Origin: Eukaryota sp. TZLM1-RC | Lineage: Eukaryota; Protista; Metamonada: BaSk clade | DNA length: 64,000 bases | Direction: 5' to 3' | Assembly (NCBI GenBank): GCA_040285825.1 | Contig: JAUPSS010000001.1 | Location: 3,844,001-3,908,000 of the forward strand | In this document: piece after piece, positions 59,131 through 64,000 of the stretch | Layout: every line of letters starts with the position of its first letter | How positions within the stretch are numbered: position 1 is the stretch's first letter | Notes under the pieces: generated by a model | What the model was told of the DNA's origin: nothing | The model's input: the letters and a program-made list of their open reading frames with translations, nothing else | Databases searched by the model: none | Program-made: the position numbers and the translations under genes

Positions 59131-59454
59131 TGAAAAGCAAATAGTTATCAATTTCGAACAATTCAGAGCATGACCCAAAGTGAGCTGAGGAGAATTTGAA
59201 CAAATACATTTTTCCTTCGATAATAAGTGATTAGTGGGAAAATGCAAATATAATCTCGTTTTGTTACAAACACTTCATCAGTAGCACACAGTCCAAGTCT
59301 TTGTGCTCCAATGGTCACAAACAGTGAAGAATCTGATGACTGATTTTCACAAACACTTTTTTCCAATAACAATGAGTGGAGATCTTGATTTAAAACAACT
59401 GAGCTGCATATACTATTATAAAGTGATGGTTTTTGCTCGTTAGATTGCGACATA

Positions 59455-62400
59455 CAATGTGAATATAATGAAATTTATTACGAAGAGGAATTGTATTCTC
59501 TCTTCTTAAACTAATAGGCGGAATACTAATAAACTATATAATTAAACTATAAATACTATACAAGATTAACACTGCCTTTTCCTCTCTTTCGAGCGACGAG
59601 CCTTGGAAGCTCTAGTCACAGGAGGTGAACTATTAGAATTAGTACGCTTCTTGGGAGGAGCGGTTTTAGTACGGCGACGTGCTTTTGAAGTCTTGATAAA
59701 GTCTTTATACGCGGCAGTATTTTGGACTGTAGACAAGTGTTCAGTGGTGATCTCTTTTCCAGGCCATTGCACTTGGCAAAAGTCACCGTCCTGACTGAGC
59801 ACCTTTTCGATGATGTGTTCTTCGACATCACCAGCAGCGACCCATGAGTGGAACTCATCGTTGGCGGGCAGGCTTGAGTGCCAGGATGCTAAATGTTTGA
59901 CGCTAGCTTGGACAATCGTACCGGTGCAGAGATTCTTTATATTCACAGACAAATTGGATACGATTTCGGTAATTAGGAAAGGTCCTAAAAAATCTCCATG
60001 TAGCTTAGCGGAGGAGCTGGAAGCTCGTAATACCAATTGATCAACTTCAAAAAGGATTTGGAGTTGTAGATCTAGTTAGCTTGGAAGCTTTGGAAGCTTG
60101 ATGGTGTGCTGCCTTTTCCTGTTTTTCTTTCAATCTACGAAATTTAGATTGAATTTCATGAATAAAAGTTGACTCAGACGTCGAGCTTTCAATGATTTCA
60201 AGTATTTTACCAGGGTCTGATCTAGGAGACACATCTGAGCCAAAGATCACTTGGTATGGAGTGTGGTTTGTTATTGAACTCTTGGAAGAGTTGATTAATA
60301 ATTGCACATAAGGCAAATATTCCGACCACACATCGTAGTCGTTGAAGTCTACTAGCAATTTCCGTAGGTGTTGCAGGATATCTCTGTGTCGGCGCTCTAC
60401 CAAGCCGTTGGACTGGGAAAACCTTGGAATTGACTTAGACACCTCTGTGCCCAAAAATTTGCTTAGTTCGTCAAAGACAGCTTTGGAAAATTCAGGCCCA
60501 TTATCGCTGTGGATTTGAAATGGTATACCAAAGATGGCACAGACTTTCCAGATTAATGCGTCTGCAGTGAGATTGGCATTTATTTCTTTTAAAGGTACGA
60601 TGATCGTAAAACTAGAGAAGCTGTCAATAAATACAACGATGTATTTGTAGCCTTTTTGGTCTTCTGGAAGATGACCAATAACATCGGCGTTGACACGAGC
60701 GAAAGGTCTGTCAGCCCACAATGAACCGGTTGGGGGAACGTGCAGCTTGGGAACTGGCTTCGTTTTCTGACATGAGGGGCATCCTTGGACGTGCTTATTC
60801 ATGTCAGTGAGCATGTTAGGCCACCAACAATTACTGTTTCTGAGCTTGTTCAGACTTTCAGCTTTGCTTGGGTGGCCTCCATGCAGAAGTCCGTGCAACA
60901 AGTTAAGGGTGCCCTTACTGAGTGATTTGAGAATCATTATCTTGTTGTCATGAGTCATATATAAATCAAGATGATTATTATGAACACAGTTGTTGAAAGA
61001 GGGGTCTTTGGAAGCTATGGCAAGCTTCTGTTCGGACCTAATCCTACAGAGCCATGGCTCGAAAATAGGGAGGTCGTTGGAACATCGTTCTTTGATAACC
61101 ATAATACGTTCGAAGTTGTTTATATTTTCCATGTAGTATCTTTCGTTTTCTGTTCCATCTATTTTATCGATATAAAATATTGGATGAAAATTTGGAGACA
61201 TTTGGTGGGACAAATGATTGATCTCTTGATGGTCTATAGGCGGAACTATTCGAGACAACATATCAGCCCAGAAGTTATCTTCCCCTTTGGTGTGCACCAA
61301 TTCAAAGCAGAATTCAGAGAAAATGGGTAACCATCTGGTTACGATTCTGTTCTTGTCCGGAGCAGTGAACATGTAGGTAATGTTTTGATGGTCTGTGAAT
61401 ATAACCAGTTTCCTTCCTTTCAAGTAGTTTTCAAAACCACTTTGAGTTAACATGAGTAGGATCGCATAGAGTTCCTTTTGGTTTGTCGGCCAGTTCTTTT
61501 GCGAGTTGGTTAACATGCGGTTGGAGAAGCTGATAGGCCTACATTTTCTGTTGATCAGAAGAGTACCGGGGTCGTCGACTTGTTCAATTTGTTCCCAAAT
61601 TACGCCGCCTACAGCGATGTCGGATGCATCGCAACTTATCAGGATTTGGTTTTCCAGTGGATGTAAGTTGAGAAAACATGTGCTGAGCTATCAGTTGTTT
61701 GATCTTTTGAAGGAGTCCGTCGTGCATGTCGGTCCATTGCAGGCGTTGCGCTCGGGGTTTGGTTTTAACGTTGGCGTTGTTCCCATCCTTCTTGGTCAAT
61801 CTGATGATAGGAGCGATTAGCTCAGATACCTGAGCAAGCCATTCTCTGATGAAGTTGACTGATCCTGCGAGGCTGCGGACGTCTTTGATTGTCTTTGGTC
61901 TAGGAAGATTCAACAAAGACTCAACATGAGTAACATCGATAGTCCGTTGCTTGTTCTGGAAAACACTGCCCAGTATTTTGATCGGGTGTCTGGAAGACAC
62001 GAAATGGCACTTTGGAAGTCCCAAGGAAACTCTTTTGCATCTGGCTCAATCAAGGACGTTTCGGAGCCGTTCGATGAATTCGTCAAAGGTTGAACCAATG
62101 ATTCTGATGTCATCTATGTAGATGAGGACACCATTTCCATAGAAGATGTCAGCCATAACGTTTTGGAAAACGGCTGGGACATTCTTGAGGCCAAAAGCAG
62201 CTCGTTTGAACATGATGCTTTTGCCAGGATTGCTCAGGGCTGTTTTCTGCCAGTCCTTTTCAGCAATCTTGAGTCGCCAAAAGGCTTTGGGGAGGTCAAG
62301 GGTGCCTATGTAATTCGCTTGGGAAAAAAATACCAGCAAATCGGAGATCCTTGGGAGGTTGGGCTTAATAGGAATGGTGTTGGCGTTGACTCCGTCCTTG

Positions 62401-64000
62401 CCACTATAATCACCAGTAAGACGGGGTTTATGGTGATCTGGGTAGACCACGGGACAGACAGGGGAGCTGAACTCATGGTTCGATGGAACAGCAAATCCTG
62501 AGTCTACGAGTCCGTCGAAAATTTGGTTAGCGACCTCTAGCCTGTCTGGATTCAGGGTCCTGGGGGGTCTTTTAACTCTGACGTCTTCATTGTAAAAGTT
62601 GATTTCCATGGAAGGGCAATCAATACCTTCAGCGTGAGGCTTGAGGGTAAACACGTCTTCGAACTCTTTCAAAGTTTAAAGTAGGGACTTCTTGAAATGG
62701 TCGTTGTCGAGGTTGATGGTACAACCAGATGAGTTGATGTGTTCCAACCAACGTGTGGAAACGTTGACGACTTCTGAAGCTTGTGATATTGGATGATCGA
62801 ATTCGGCTTCAGGTAATAGTAATGTGCGACAGGCGTCGTCCATTCTAATGTAAATCAGCCCAAGGTGACTCAACAAGTCAGCACCAATAAGAATGGTCTC
62901 ATGTCCAGGAGTGATACTGAACTTGTGTTTCACGTGTATAATCTGGGTGACGCTACCTAGTCTAATGCTAAGATTTCTAGAAGCAGTACCAATGGACGAG
63001 GTAGTTCCATCAGCAATCTTGTAGGATATGGTTTCGTTGGAACGTGCCATGTTACAATTACTGACGACGTCTTCTGTGACTACTGAACATGTTGCACCAG
63101 AGTCAATTATGCCTTTTCCCAAGACATTGTTGATCAAAAAGTTTAATTGTAGGCAGTTGGTTGTGTGATTCATGGGTTGTACCATGAAAATTGTATCAGA
63201 ATCATGTCCAGTTGGTTCGGCTTGGTCTGAGAAGAAGTTAGCCTGACTGTTGGGTATCTTGGTAGGTTCCAAGTTGGAGATTGGATTGATTAGGGAATCT
63301 TTCCATGCTGAGCTTTCTGTGTGTAATTGTGTTGTTGTTGTAGGGGGTATGGTTTCTAAAGTACATAAGTAGTGACGGGAACGTTTATTGTAAGATGAAG
63401 AGCCTCTGCCTCTGCCGCGAGTGCCTCTTCGACTACGGAAACCAAAACCTCTAGAATTTCTGCCTCGAGCTTGCTGTTGAGCTTGTTGCTCTCTCCACTT
63501 CTTGCTTCTTTGGCAGTCCTCGCTAGGACACCTTTCAGTCGGATGACGCTTTGCTTACAGAAGTTGCATTGGACATCAGCGGCCTGGGAAGACGATTGCT
63601 GTAGGTTTCCTCCTCTCTTACTTTGTTTGGGGCGTTTACCTGGACCAGAACCTCGTGGTCTGGGAATGTCAGGTGGGTAGGGAACGACCGTAGGAGGTCG
63701 GCGAGAGGCCTGCTGGTGAGTAATTTGGTTCTGATAGGTGAAATCGACATGCTTCAGCTGTTCCATGAACGATCTGGCGTTACAAAAATTATCGTATTCG
63801 ATTTGGAGAACACTGAAGAATATTCCGAGGGTTTGTCCATCGAATGGGTAATGAAAAGGAGAACACCAAATCCTGAGGACTCTGTCTCTGATAAGGACAA
63901 TCCCAATGCTTTCTAGAACGTGAGTAGCGACTACCCAGTCTGGAAGTCTGTCTGCTGGAGTAGTGGAGCTAATGCAGAATGTTTTCACTTGTTGAGAGAT
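59455..64000 (-). mobile_element. Degenerate Ty3/gypsy LTR retrotransposon (gag-PR-RT-RNaseH-IN-chromo-like), continues beyond the window
   Basis: CNFC knuckle, IIDSGAT, LDLPKAF/YIDD, ELYAI..FTDH, HP..CPSC, HSDNG, NGLVER, GPF, HIIEKVL..VQW; PPT and partial 3' LTR at 59455-59571; multiple frameshifts. Confidence 0.95.

Noticed and set aside
62672-62680. Programmed frameshift or read-through between gypsy protease and RT
   Set aside because: The element has many other frameshifts, so decay is the simpler explanation

Overview
AT-rich, intron-poor eukaryotic DNA from a flagellated protist (CFAP96, CFAP210-like and ATAT1 genes; short GT-AG introns resembling those of metamonads, which is inference only). 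About 15 host genes (PUS7, LRR, penta-EF-hand, INO80B, MED27, TBC1D5-like, AGC kinase and others) lie among dense mobile DNA: many 5'-truncated CRE-clade non-LTR retrotransposons, a degenerate chromodomain-bearing Ty3/gypsy element at the right end, solo LTRs, hAT remnants and a MITE. Main observations: (1) a Fanzor1 (eukaryotic TnpB) pseudogene whose middle is replaced by about 2.7 kb of virus-like ORFs, plus a second Fanzor 3' stub sharing a structured tail past the stop codon (candidate omega-RNA); (2) miniature LTR elements encoding only Gag, one with identical LTRs and an intact ORF, all with a conserved palindrome instead of a canonical tRNA primer-binding site; (3) a 3.8-kb inverted duplication of a ceramidase-like gene around a small membrane-protein ORF; (4) a Crinkler-type NTPase + restriction-endonuclease gene whose C-terminus was replaced by an LTR. 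All family assignments are by motif recognition from the sequence, with no database search.
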